This document shows positions 45,936-53,672 of a DNA stretch of 64,000 nucleotides, piece after piece. The translations under genes were made by a program, and so were the position numbers. How positions within the stretch are numbered: position 1 is the stretch's first letter; each line of letters opens with the position of its first letter. Below the pieces are notes generated by a model. The model made no database searches. It worked only from the letters and a program-made list of their open reading frames with translations, and was not told the origin of the DNA. This DNA comes from an uncultured Candidatus Saccharibacteria bacterium (GTDB lineage Bacteria > Patescibacteriota > Saccharimonadia > Saccharimonadales > CAZWFS01). The DNA lies in NCBI GenBank assembly GCA_964633325.1, contig CAZWFS010000005.1, forward strand, positions 3,313 to 67,312, given 5' to 3'.

Positions 45936-45964
45936 AATATAACTCGTCAGTCCGATTGTGTCAA
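45936..45964 (-). promoter_or_regulatory. nusA promoter
   Basis: Gene strand reads TTGACA (45964..45959), a 17-nt spacer, then TATATT (45941..45936). Confidence 0.55.
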
Positions 45965-45988
45965 TGCAAGGCGCTTTTTAACCTCTCA

Positions 45989-45997
45989 TGTTAGAAT
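45989..45997 (+). promoter_or_regulatory. Extended -10 element 8 nt upstream of the pepN ATG
   Basis: TGTTAGAAT, then GTTTTCTA, then ATG (46006). No SD. The track ATG at 45988 overlaps this element. Confidence 0.4.
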
Positions 45998-46005
45998 GTT
46001 TTCTA

Positions 46006-48582
46006 ATGGGGAAAAAAGTAAAACGATTATTTGAACAGTTTCAGCCGCAGCATTATGTGCTAGAACTCCAGCCAGATAAGGAAAGTATGACATTTACTGG
46101 CTCAGTAACTATAATTGGCCAAAAGGTTGGGCAGCCTAGCCACAAGTTAATACTCCATTATAAGGATCTACGGATTTCTTCTGCGAACGTTATTAAACAC
46201 GACAAGAAGGGTGATCAGTCCTACATCGTAAATAGGGTTAATCACCACAAGTCATTTGACGAAGCCCGGATTCATACTAAAGACAAAATATATCCCGGCC
46301 GTTATACAATCCGTTTAGACTTTAGCGGCAAAATAACTCGTCAAATGAACGGTATTTATCCTTGTTTATTTGACCACGAAGGCCAAAAAAAGAAGTTGAT
46401 TGCTACTCAGTTTGAAAGTCATTATGCTCGCCAAGTTTTTCCATGCATTGATGAACCAGAGGCAAAGTCAACGTTTGAACTAACGCTAACTACCCCTGCG
46501 GGTGAGACGGTTTTATCTAATACCCCAATTAAAAATCAGAAGAAGGTTAAAACCAGCAAGACTAAAGGCTCATTAATTAAGACTACTTTCGAAACAACGC
46601 CCCGTATGCCTACTTATCTATTAGCATTTGTGTATGGTGAATTGAAATACAAGGAGGCTAAAACTAAGCAAGGGACAGTCATTAGGTCCTACGCAACTGC
46701 AGATAATGTTGATTTTACTAAATTTGCCTTAAATACTGCCGTTAAGTGCCTAGAATTTTATAATGAATACTTCAATATCCCATATCCTTTGCCAAATTGT
46801 GATCTTGTGGCACTACCGGATTTTGCCGCCGGTGCCATGGAAAATTGGGGCTGTATAACTTTCCGCGAACAAGCACTGTTGGTCGATCCAGCAAATACCA
46901 GCCTGGCAACGAAGCAGCACGTAGCCATGGTTGTAGCACATGAACTGGCGCATCAATGGTTTGGAAATTTAGTAACTATGCGATGGTGGACGGACTTATG
47001 GTTAAACGAGGGTTTTGCCAGCTGGGTAGAGCACCTGGCAGTAGACCATCTCTTTCCTGGGTGGCAAATGTGGACACAGTTCATAGTAGACGAGCAACAA
47101 AACGCGTTGAAGCTTGATTCTTTAGAACATACCCATCCAGTTGAAGTCGCAGTGGGGCATCCTGACGAGATACACACTATTTTTGATACAATCAGCTACA
47201 GCAAAGGTGCCAGTGTTATACACATGCTACAACAGCATTTAGGGGCTGAGACATTTAGGGATGGTTTACGTTATTACCTGAAAAAACATGAATACGGTAA
47301 TACAGACACTACGGATCTTTGGGCAGCCATGGAAGAAGTCTCCGACAAACCTGTCAAGGAATTTATGCATGGCTGGACATCACAAAGCGGATATCCTATT
47401 CTGCGAGTATCGGCCAACGAAAATGCAATAAAAATCGAGCAACAGCGTTTTCTAATGAATCCTAAAGCCAGACAAACTAGCGGCGAACAGCTTTGGCCCA
47501 TAGCCCTCCTGGACAACTCCGAAGAAGCACCGGAAGTGCTGACCAATAAACATAAGCAGTTTGTCCTAAATGATGCTAAGCGGTTTAAACTTAATGTTGG
47601 GCAAAGCGGTTTTTTTCGGACCATTTATAATGCTAGTCATCAACGTCGTTTAGGAGAAATAATTAAAAGTGGTAACATGCCGCCGCTTGATCGGCTGGGT
47701 ATATTAAGTGATGTTTTTGAGGCCGCTAAGGGTGGTTATATTGATACAACCGAGGCGCTTACTTTACTAGAAAATTATGAACACGAAGATAATGCAGCTG
47801 TTTGGGATATTATTGCGGCTAACCTGTCAAGCATCCGTGCGGTTATGGATGACGAAGAAATTCGCGAAATATTAAAGCCTTTCACGCGCCAATTAATTGC
47901 CGGACAACTGAAGCGTCTGGGTTGGGAAGAAAAGCCCGAAGAAGCCTATTTTGACAAATTGCTAAGACCCACGATGTTAGCCCTGGCGTCTGTAAGCGAT
48001 GAGTCTTCGATAGTTGACGAAGCGCTAGCTCGTTTTAAAAGGATGAAGAAGCCCGAAAATATACATCCTGATATCCGCGGTGTCATTTATGGAACGGCCG
48101 CCCGAAATGGAGGCAGGCCAGAATTTGAAAAACTGCTAAAGATGCATGATGCATCAATGTCGAGTGAGGAGCGGACTGTATTAGTCGGTGCTATCACCGG
48201 CTTTAGGCAGCCGGAGCTTATCAAACTCGCCCTAGAACAGGTCATGGGCTCTAATGTCCGGCTTCAAGATGTAACTTACTGGATAGCATATAGTTTTATG
48301 AACCGTCATGCAAAATCGCTAGCATGGGATTGGATGGTAAAGAACTGGAAATGGTTAGCCCATAATCTTGGTAATGATCTTAGTTTTTACCGTTATCCTA
48401 TATATTCAGCCCGTGGCTTCAGCGATGCCACTTTCCTACCTAATTATAAAAAGTTTTTTAACTCTGTCATGAGCCCAGCGTTTGACCGCTCTGTTAAACA
48501 AGGGATAGAAATAATCGAGTGCCAATCAGCGTGGAAAGCCCGCGATATAAAACTTATCAAGGCTTACCTGCAAGCTCAATAA
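46006..48582 (+). CDS. pepN: Aminopeptidase N (M1 family)
   Basis: GAMENWG exopeptidase motif and HELAHQWFGNLVT...WLNEGFA zinc site. Start moved to Met7. Confidence 0.9.
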   Translation: MGKKVKRLFEQFQPQHYVLELQPDKESMTFTGSVTIIGQKVGQPSHKLILHYKDLRISSANVIKHDKKGDQSYIVNRVNHHKSFDEARIHTKDKIYPGRYTIRLDFSGKITRQMNGIYPCLFDHEGQKKKLIATQFESHYARQVFPCIDEPEAKSTFELTLTTPAGETVLSNTPIKNQKKVKTSKTKGSLIKTTFETTPRMPTYLLAFVYGELKYKEAKTKQGTVIRSYATADNVDFTKFALNTAVKCLEFYNEYFNIPYPLPNCDLVALPDFAAGAMENWGCITFREQALLVDPANTSLATKQHVAMVVAHELAHQWFGNLVTMRWWTDLWLNEGFASWVEHLAVDHLFPGWQMWTQFIVDEQQNALKLDSLEHTHPVEVAVGHPDEIHTIFDTISYSKGASVIHMLQQHLGAETFRDGLRYYLKKHEYGNTDTTDLWAAMEEVSDKPVKEFMHGWTSQSGYPILRVSANENAIKIEQQRFLMNPKARQTSGEQLWPIALLDNSEEAPEVLTNKHKQFVLNDAKRFKLNVGQSGFFRTIYNASHQRRLGEIIKSGNMPPLDRLGILSDVFEAAKGGYIDTTEALTLLENYEHEDNAAVWDIIAANLSSIRAVMDDEEIREILKPFTRQLIAGQLKRLGWEEKPEEAYFDKLLRPTMLALASVSDESSIVDEALARFKRMKKPENIHPDIRGVIYGTAARNGGRPEFEKLLKMHDASMSSEERTVLVGAITGFRQPELIKLALEQVMGSNVRLQDVTYWIAYSFMNRHAKSLAWDWMVKNWKWLAHNLGNDLSFYRYPIYSARGFSDATFLPNYKKFFNSVMSPAFDRSVKQGIEIIECQSAWKARDIKLIKAYLQAQ

Positions 48583-48588
48583 AGCTTA

Positions 48589-48614
48589 GTTACTAACAAA
48601 AAGTTATTAGTAAC
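48589..48614. terminator. AT-rich hairpin between convergent pepN and yraN
   Basis: GTTACTAA-N10-TTAGTAAC, an 8-bp stem. The 3' arm overlaps the yraN stop codon. No clear U-tract. Confidence 0.25.
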
Positions 48615-48951
48615 AGTTCGGCACGAAGTTGGTAACTTCAAATTTATGACCGCTTACCTCAATCGCGCCTAGACTGGAATCCCCCGTCCACTTTCTGTCC
48701 TGAAGCCACATTTCGGCCGCAAAATGCATTTGTCGTAACTTATTGGGTGTAATGTAATCCAATCCCATTCCCTGCTTGGTGGTTTCACGATACTTTACTT
48801 CTATAAAGTAAGCGGTCCTGTCTTTGACGGCTATGATATCGATCTCGCAGTAACGTGTCCGCCAATTCTGTGCCAATATTTTATAGCCATGTCGCTTTAA
48901 AAATTCAGCCGCTTGAGCCTCTGCCTCACGACCCACGCTAAAATTAGTCAC
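48607..48951 (-). CDS. yraN: YraN (UPF0102) family endonuclease-like protein
   Basis: GYKILAQNWR...EIDIIA...FIEVKYR pattern. 4-nt overlap with rnhB, the usual partner gene. Confidence 0.8.
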   Translation of the reverse strand: MTNFSVGREAEAQAAEFLKRHGYKILAQNWRTRYCEIDIIAVKDRTAYFIEVKYRETTKQGMGLDYITPNKLRQMHFAAEMWLQDRKWTGDSSLGAIEVSGHKFEVTNFVPNCY

Positions 48952-49541
48952 GTGGCTGAAGTCTCTATAGCAGCCTTTACTGGAAGAAATGTACGTCTAT
49001 GCAAATCACAAACTCCATACTTGACTAACCTTTCACTATGAAGCTTAGTGCCATAACCGACATGCTTATCAAAACCATACAAGGGGTATCGTAATGCAAC
49101 CTCACGCATAAAATTATCCCTGGCTACTTTGGCAATGATGCTAGCCGCGCTTACCGCGGCGATAGTTGCGTCGGCCTTAACCAGCGTTTTGACGCTTGGC
49201 TTAGATGGCAAAAAATTAACGCTTCCATCAATGATTATCTCGTCATATGATACTTTTATTTGCTCCACAGCTCGTGCCATAGCCAACCCCACAGCCCTCG
49301 TGAGTCCTACATCATCAACTTCTTTGGAAGTCACCCAGCCAACACCTATCGCCTCAGCAATTTTTCTGATTTCAACGTCAGCTATATTCCTGTTTATTCG
49401 TGTAAGGATCTTTGAATCTGCCAACTTCCAGTGAGGTTCATCAGGCATTACGAAACTAGGCTTTAGTAATACGGCTGCCGCAACTAGCGGGCCCGCCCAA
49501 GAGCCCCTTCCTACCTCATCAATGCCAACCACTCTAACCAT
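48948..49541 (-). CDS. rnhB: Ribonuclease HII
   Basis: GIDEVGRGSWAGPLVAAAV and ADSK motifs. Confidence 0.93.
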   Translation of the reverse strand: MVRVVGIDEVGRGSWAGPLVAAAVLLKPSFVMPDEPHWKLADSKILTRINRNIADVEIRKIAEAIGVGWVTSKEVDDVGLTRAVGLAMARAVEQIKVSYDEIIIDGSVNFLPSKPSVKTLVKADATIAAVSAASIIAKVARDNFMREVALRYPLYGFDKHVGYGTKLHSERLVKYGVCDLHRRTFLPVKAAIETSAT

Positions 49542-49591
49542 ATTTCTAATGTTAGCAAATAACAGACACGTTTACCGATTATCAAGTTATT

Positions 49592-50152
49592 TTAGGTGAC
49601 TTTTTCGTCTGAATTCTTTGTGGCGTCGGGTTCAGACTTTTGAGCATGAGCCGCCAGCGCTGCCTGAGCTTTTAGTTCAGCCTTAGCATCTTCTTCCAAT
49701 TTCTTCTTTGCCTCGATCTCAGCTGCTGCTGCAGTTTCTTCCTTGAGTTTTTCCTCTTCTGCTTCAGCTTGTTCGTCCCTTACAGAATTAACGGCGCTTC
49801 TATCAAAATCTACACCACTTAGACGGGCCGCCTTACCTGTTCGCTCACGCATATAAGATAAATAGTTGCGTCGTACTTTGCTTCGTTTAGTAATTTCAAC
49901 CTTAAGAATAAGCGGGCTATGTAGTAGGTATGATTTCTCAACACCTACACCACTCGCCATACGCCGTACGGTGATAGAAGAAGTGTGGCTTCCTTTACGG
50001 TCAGTACGTATAACTAACCCCTCGAATATCTGGACACGCTCTTTGTTACCTTCACGGATTTTTTGGTGCACTTTGACGGTGTCGCCGGAACGTGCATCCA
50101 CTACCTGCGCTTTCTTATATTTGGCTCCAACTTTCTGAATGACAGATTCCAT
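49592..50152 (-). CDS. rplS: 50S ribosomal protein L19 with A/E/K-rich C-terminal tail
   Basis: GDTVKVHQKIREGNKERVQIFEGLVI core. Start set at ATG 50152 (SD TAAGG 11 nt upstream) rather than TTG 50161. Low-complexity tail of about 65 aa. Confidence 0.92.
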   Translation of the reverse strand: MESVIQKVGAKYKKAQVVDARSGDTVKVHQKIREGNKERVQIFEGLVIRTDRKGSHTSSITVRRMASGVGVEKSYLLHSPLILKVEITKRSKVRRNYLSYMRERTGKAARLSGVDFDRSAVNSVRDEQAEAEEEKLKEETAAAAEIEAKKKLEEDAKAELKAQAALAAHAQKSEPDATKNSDEKVT

Positions 50153-50241
50153 ATTGTTCAAGGCCTTATGTTACTTCTATTACTTCGCTCTTTCGTAAAA
50201 GTATACCATATCTGTTACAGATAATAAATATAAGAGTAATG

Positions 50242-51846
50242 CTAACCGATAACTCGATAAATTTCTTCAAGGGTAGTAATGCCTTCAATAGCTTTCCGAA
50301 TCCCGTCTTGTCGCATAGTGATCATACCGGCCTTAATTGCTGCGGTTTCAATTTCTTCCGTTGTAAGCTTATGGCCAGCCTGCTCCATCAAATGTGCTAC
50401 CATTTCTGTCATAAGAAATTGCTCGCGTAAAGCAACCTGCCCCCGGTAGCCATAGGGATTTTCAGGACTAACTCCGGGTTTATAAAGCTGGAGGTTGTCT
50501 AAATTTGGTTTCTCGATTCCTTCAGGAAAAGTATCAATTATTTTTTGCAACCGCTGCTTTGTCGATTCGTCCGGTGTGTAACTTTGCTTGCTAGTTTCAT
50601 CTAGCCGTCTAACCAAACGTTGAGCCATGATTAACCTTATGGCGGATAAAAACAGCGGGTTCTCGCCAATTACATCCATTAGTCTTGTAAGCGCGGCAGC
50701 GGCCGAAGACGCATGAAACGTAGAAAGAACTAGGTGTCCTGTCAACGAAGCCTGCAGAGCCGTTTTAGCCGTGTCTAGATCCCGGATCTCGCCCACCATC
50801 ACTATATCCGGATCAAGTCGCAAAACTGCCCTTAATTTTTCCGCAAAGCTCTTGTCGGCCACACCTTGGGTCGTGACTGAAATCTGGGTAATCCCTTCGA
50901 ACTGGTACTCAACCGGATCCTCGATTGTTATTATTTTGCGTTCCTGATTATTAAGGGAGTTAAGGATCGAGTACAGCGTGGTAGTCTTGCCGGAGCCAGT
51001 AGGCCCCACCGCCATAACCAAACCACTGGGTTTATCAATGATATCGTCTACAACAGCCCGCTCCTTTTCCGACAGGCCCAGACGGTCTAATTTGTACATG
51101 CCTTGCTTCATATTGAACAATCTCATTACGATATCTATACCATTTATAGCGGCTACGGTTTCCACCCTTAGATTAATGTCTACATCTGTACCCTCCGCCA
51201 TTTTGACCTTCTGGGCAATATGCCCTTGTTGTGGCTCGGTTGATGCGGTCGAGACATTAGCCGCGCTAGCGACAGCGGACAATAATATACGGTTCTTAGC
51301 CGGTGTTAGATGGGCTATGGGATGCAACACTCCATCTATTCGAAGCCTAATACGTGTGAAATTTTTCTGATTCTCGATATGTATGTCAGAAGCGCTCAAA
51401 CGGTGCGCTTGCTGCACAAGATAGGCGAGCATATCATCAGCTCGAACTTGTTCTAATGTTGCCGAGACCTTGGCTACAAGTTCTTCAGTGCCCGCGGTAG
51501 TAAGCTCTATGTTTTGATATTCAATTCTAGGCGGCGGATTGTATAGCCGCATATATTCACGAAAACCCGCCTCCGAAATCAATGAAAAACTTATCCTTTG
51601 CTCCAAGAAACGCTGACGTATACTCGCCATCGCCTGCTGTGAGGTTGTGTTCGTAACTCCAAATGAAATATTGTGTTCATCAGCATGGATAGGCGCAACC
51701 CTTAGGGTCGTTAATTCTTGGGGCGCAAGGATATGCTCATATAAAGGACGCTCTATTAGCGTTGAAGTATCAATATAGTTCATTCCTAGGATGCGAGCAC
51801 GACGCAGTGTCGCCTGCTCTTCGTCCAGCCTGGCATCTTGTGACAT
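50242..51846 (-). CDS. pilB: Type IV pilus / type II secretion ATPase (PilB/GspE family)
   Basis: Walker A GPTGSGKTTTLYS, Walker B VMVGEIRD, a His box and an N-terminal T2SSE_N-like region. No other pilus genes are adjacent. Confidence 0.85.
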   Translation of the reverse strand: MSQDARLDEEQATLRRARILGMNYIDTSTLIERPLYEHILAPQELTTLRVAPIHADEHNISFGVTNTTSQQAMASIRQRFLEQRISFSLISEAGFREYMRLYNPPPRIEYQNIELTTAGTEELVAKVSATLEQVRADDMLAYLVQQAHRLSASDIHIENQKNFTRIRLRIDGVLHPIAHLTPAKNRILLSAVASAANVSTASTEPQQGHIAQKVKMAEGTDVDINLRVETVAAINGIDIVMRLFNMKQGMYKLDRLGLSEKERAVVDDIIDKPSGLVMAVGPTGSGKTTTLYSILNSLNNQERKIITIEDPVEYQFEGITQISVTTQGVADKSFAEKLRAVLRLDPDIVMVGEIRDLDTAKTALQASLTGHLVLSTFHASSAAAALTRLMDVIGENPLFLSAIRLIMAQRLVRRLDETSKQSYTPDESTKQRLQKIIDTFPEGIEKPNLDNLQLYKPGVSPENPYGYRGQVALREQFLMTEMVAHLMEQAGHKLTTEEIETAAIKAGMITMRQDGIRKAIEGITTLEEIYRVIG

Positions 51847-51936
51847 ATTGTCTATATTTAAGCATAAGAGGCGCTCCTAATGATAGGCTTTAAATAGCCT
51901 TGGTAAGCCAAATCAAAGACTTTTTCCTCTCGGGTC

Positions 51937-51942
51937 TATACT
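51937..51942 (+). promoter_or_regulatory. -10 hexamer 7 nt upstream of the SpoU-methyltransferase ATG
   Basis: TATACT, then AATATAC, then ATG (51950). No SD. Confidence 0.4.
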
Positions 51943-51949
51943 AATATAC

Positions 51950-52453
51950 ATGCGCGACCGACACCTTGCACTGATTGCTCATAATTTGCGCAGTTGTTAT
52001 AACGTCGGATCATTACTAAGAACAGCGGATGGACTTGGCGTTAAGCGTGTTTTTTTAACCGGATATACGCCATATCCGATAAGGAACGGCGATACACGCC
52101 TGCCGCATATAGCAGACAATGTCCACAAACAAATCCAAAAGACTGCCTTAGGGGCAGAAGAGCTAATAAAATGGAGCCATTTCGCAACAATCGAACCAGC
52201 AATAAAAGCGTTGCGAAATGAAAATTACACAGTATTAGCCTTAGAGCAAACAACACATTCGATAATGCTGTCTGACTTTGTGCTACAGGATAGGATTGCC
52301 TTTATAGTTGGCAGAGAAGTAGAAGGACTAGAGCCCGAGGTTATAAAACTAGCGGATGACAGTGTTACTATACCCATGTTTGGTAAAAAAGAGTCATTCA
52401 ACGTCGTCCAAGCCGCCGCCATGGCCTTGTATCATTGCCGTTTCTTCTTGTAA
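51950..52453 (+). CDS. SpoU/TrmH-family RNA 2'-O-methyltransferase
   Basis: NVGSLLRTA motif 1 and the C-terminal IPMFGKKESFNVVQAAAMALY knot motif. Confidence 0.8.
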   Translation: MRDRHLALIAHNLRSCYNVGSLLRTADGLGVKRVFLTGYTPYPIRNGDTRLPHIADNVHKQIQKTALGAEELIKWSHFATIEPAIKALRNENYTVLALEQTTHSIMLSDFVLQDRIAFIVGREVEGLEPEVIKLADDSVTIPMFGKKESFNVVQAAAMALYHCRFFL

Positions 52454-52538
52454 TTTAATTGGGAGCCAGGCAAGTTATGGGATACTCAATATTGCGTAGC
52501 TTGCATTAGTAAATTAATGTGCGGGAAGTAAGCCCAAC

Positions 52539-52547
52539 TGTTATAAT
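52539..52547 (+). promoter_or_regulatory. Extended -10 element 6 nt upstream of the CAP-domain gene ATG
   Basis: TGTTATAAT, then ACGTTC, then ATG (52554). No SD. Confidence 0.45.
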
Positions 52548-52553
52548 ACGTTC

Positions 52554-53588
52554 ATGCTAAGACCAAAAAGGTCAATGCATCCATCGCACCGTAAACGTCA
52601 TGGATCGCATCAAAAACACACAAAGCCATTTATAAAAGTCTACTTGCCGTATTTGCCTCTGACGATAATCGTAGCAACGGGCCTAATATTAAGTACGGCC
52701 TGGCAACCAAGGTCTGATAAAGCGGTCCTGGCATATGCAACTAATGTGAGCACAGCTGGCTTACTTGAAGAGACTAATCAACAACGGACTACGAATGGCA
52801 AAACAGTCCTCGCACTGAATAGTAAACTCAATCAAGCCGCACAGGCCAAAGCAAATGATATGGCTACCCGTAATTATTGGTCTCATAACACGCCAGAAGG
52901 CAATGAACCTTGGATATTTATTAATCAGGTCGGATATGTCTATAAACAAGCGGGCGAAAATTTGGCTTATGGCTTTGACAACAGCAATGGTACTGTCAAC
53001 GGCTGGATGAATAGCCCCACACACAAGGCTAACCTGCTAGAAAATACTTACGCAGACGTAGGGTTTGGTTTTGCCAATTCAAGTGATTACCAAAGCACAG
53101 GTCCACAGACCATTGTCGTAGCCATGTACGGAACGCCCCAGGTTGCCGCTTCCACCACACCGGCAACACCACCTCCAACAGCCGCTGCCCCGGTTCAGCC
53201 CGCCACTAATCCTCCGCCTCCGGCACCCATAGCCTCGCAGGACGTTAGCAAACAGCCACTGTCCGTACCTTTTTCAGGCTCAGAATTAAAGACAGAAGAA
53301 GCCGAACCGGTTACCACTCTGCAAAGTCCTATCGCCGAGCCAAAACCACAAAAAGTATCCAGAATCCAGACCCTAACTGGAGGGAAGGCGCCTTGGAGCC
53401 TTTTTGTCTTAGGTATTCTTAGCGGTGCAGCTATTGTCTTCTTAGTACTGAAACATGGCCTAGGCTTACGGCGAATGCTGGTACAGGGTGAGCGATTCGT
53501 GCTTCACCACACCCTGCTTGACGTTACAATCGTAGCCTTTATAGCTTTATGTACAATTCTCACCCGCAGTGCCGGTGTCATTATGTAG
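52554..53588 (+). CDS. CAP/SCP (YkwD-like) domain protein with Pro-rich stalk and C-terminal TM segments
   Basis: N-terminal TM segment. CAP core: AQAKANDMATRNYWSHNTPEG, GENLAYG and VNGWMNSPTHKANLL. Then TPATPPPTAAAPVQPATNPPPPAP and two C-terminal hydrophobic helices. Confidence 0.7.
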   Translation: MLRPKRSMHPSHRKRHGSHQKHTKPFIKVYLPYLPLTIIVATGLILSTAWQPRSDKAVLAYATNVSTAGLLEETNQQRTTNGKTVLALNSKLNQAAQAKANDMATRNYWSHNTPEGNEPWIFINQVGYVYKQAGENLAYGFDNSNGTVNGWMNSPTHKANLLENTYADVGFGFANSSDYQSTGPQTIVVAMYGTPQVAASTTPATPPPTAAAPVQPATNPPPPAPIASQDVSKQPLSVPFSGSELKTEEAEPVTTLQSPIAEPKPQKVSRIQTLTGGKAPWSLFVLGILSGAAIVFLVLKHGLGLRRMLVQGERFVLHHTLLDVTIVAFIALCTILTRSAGVIM

Positions 53589-53672
53589 ATAAGTTAATTA
53601 GCGCGACTTTGATTCACTGGCAGAATATAGTCTCCGGTTTTTATGTTCTATTTACCATTCACACCTTAACTG

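Noticed and set aside
51770-51865. A 31-codon ORF (AGGAG-8 nt-ATG) overlapping the pilB start in another frame.
   Set aside because: The pilB frame gives a family-consistent N-terminal domain, and the short ORF is Arg/Cys-rich. An upstream regulatory ORF cannot be excluded, but there is no support for one.
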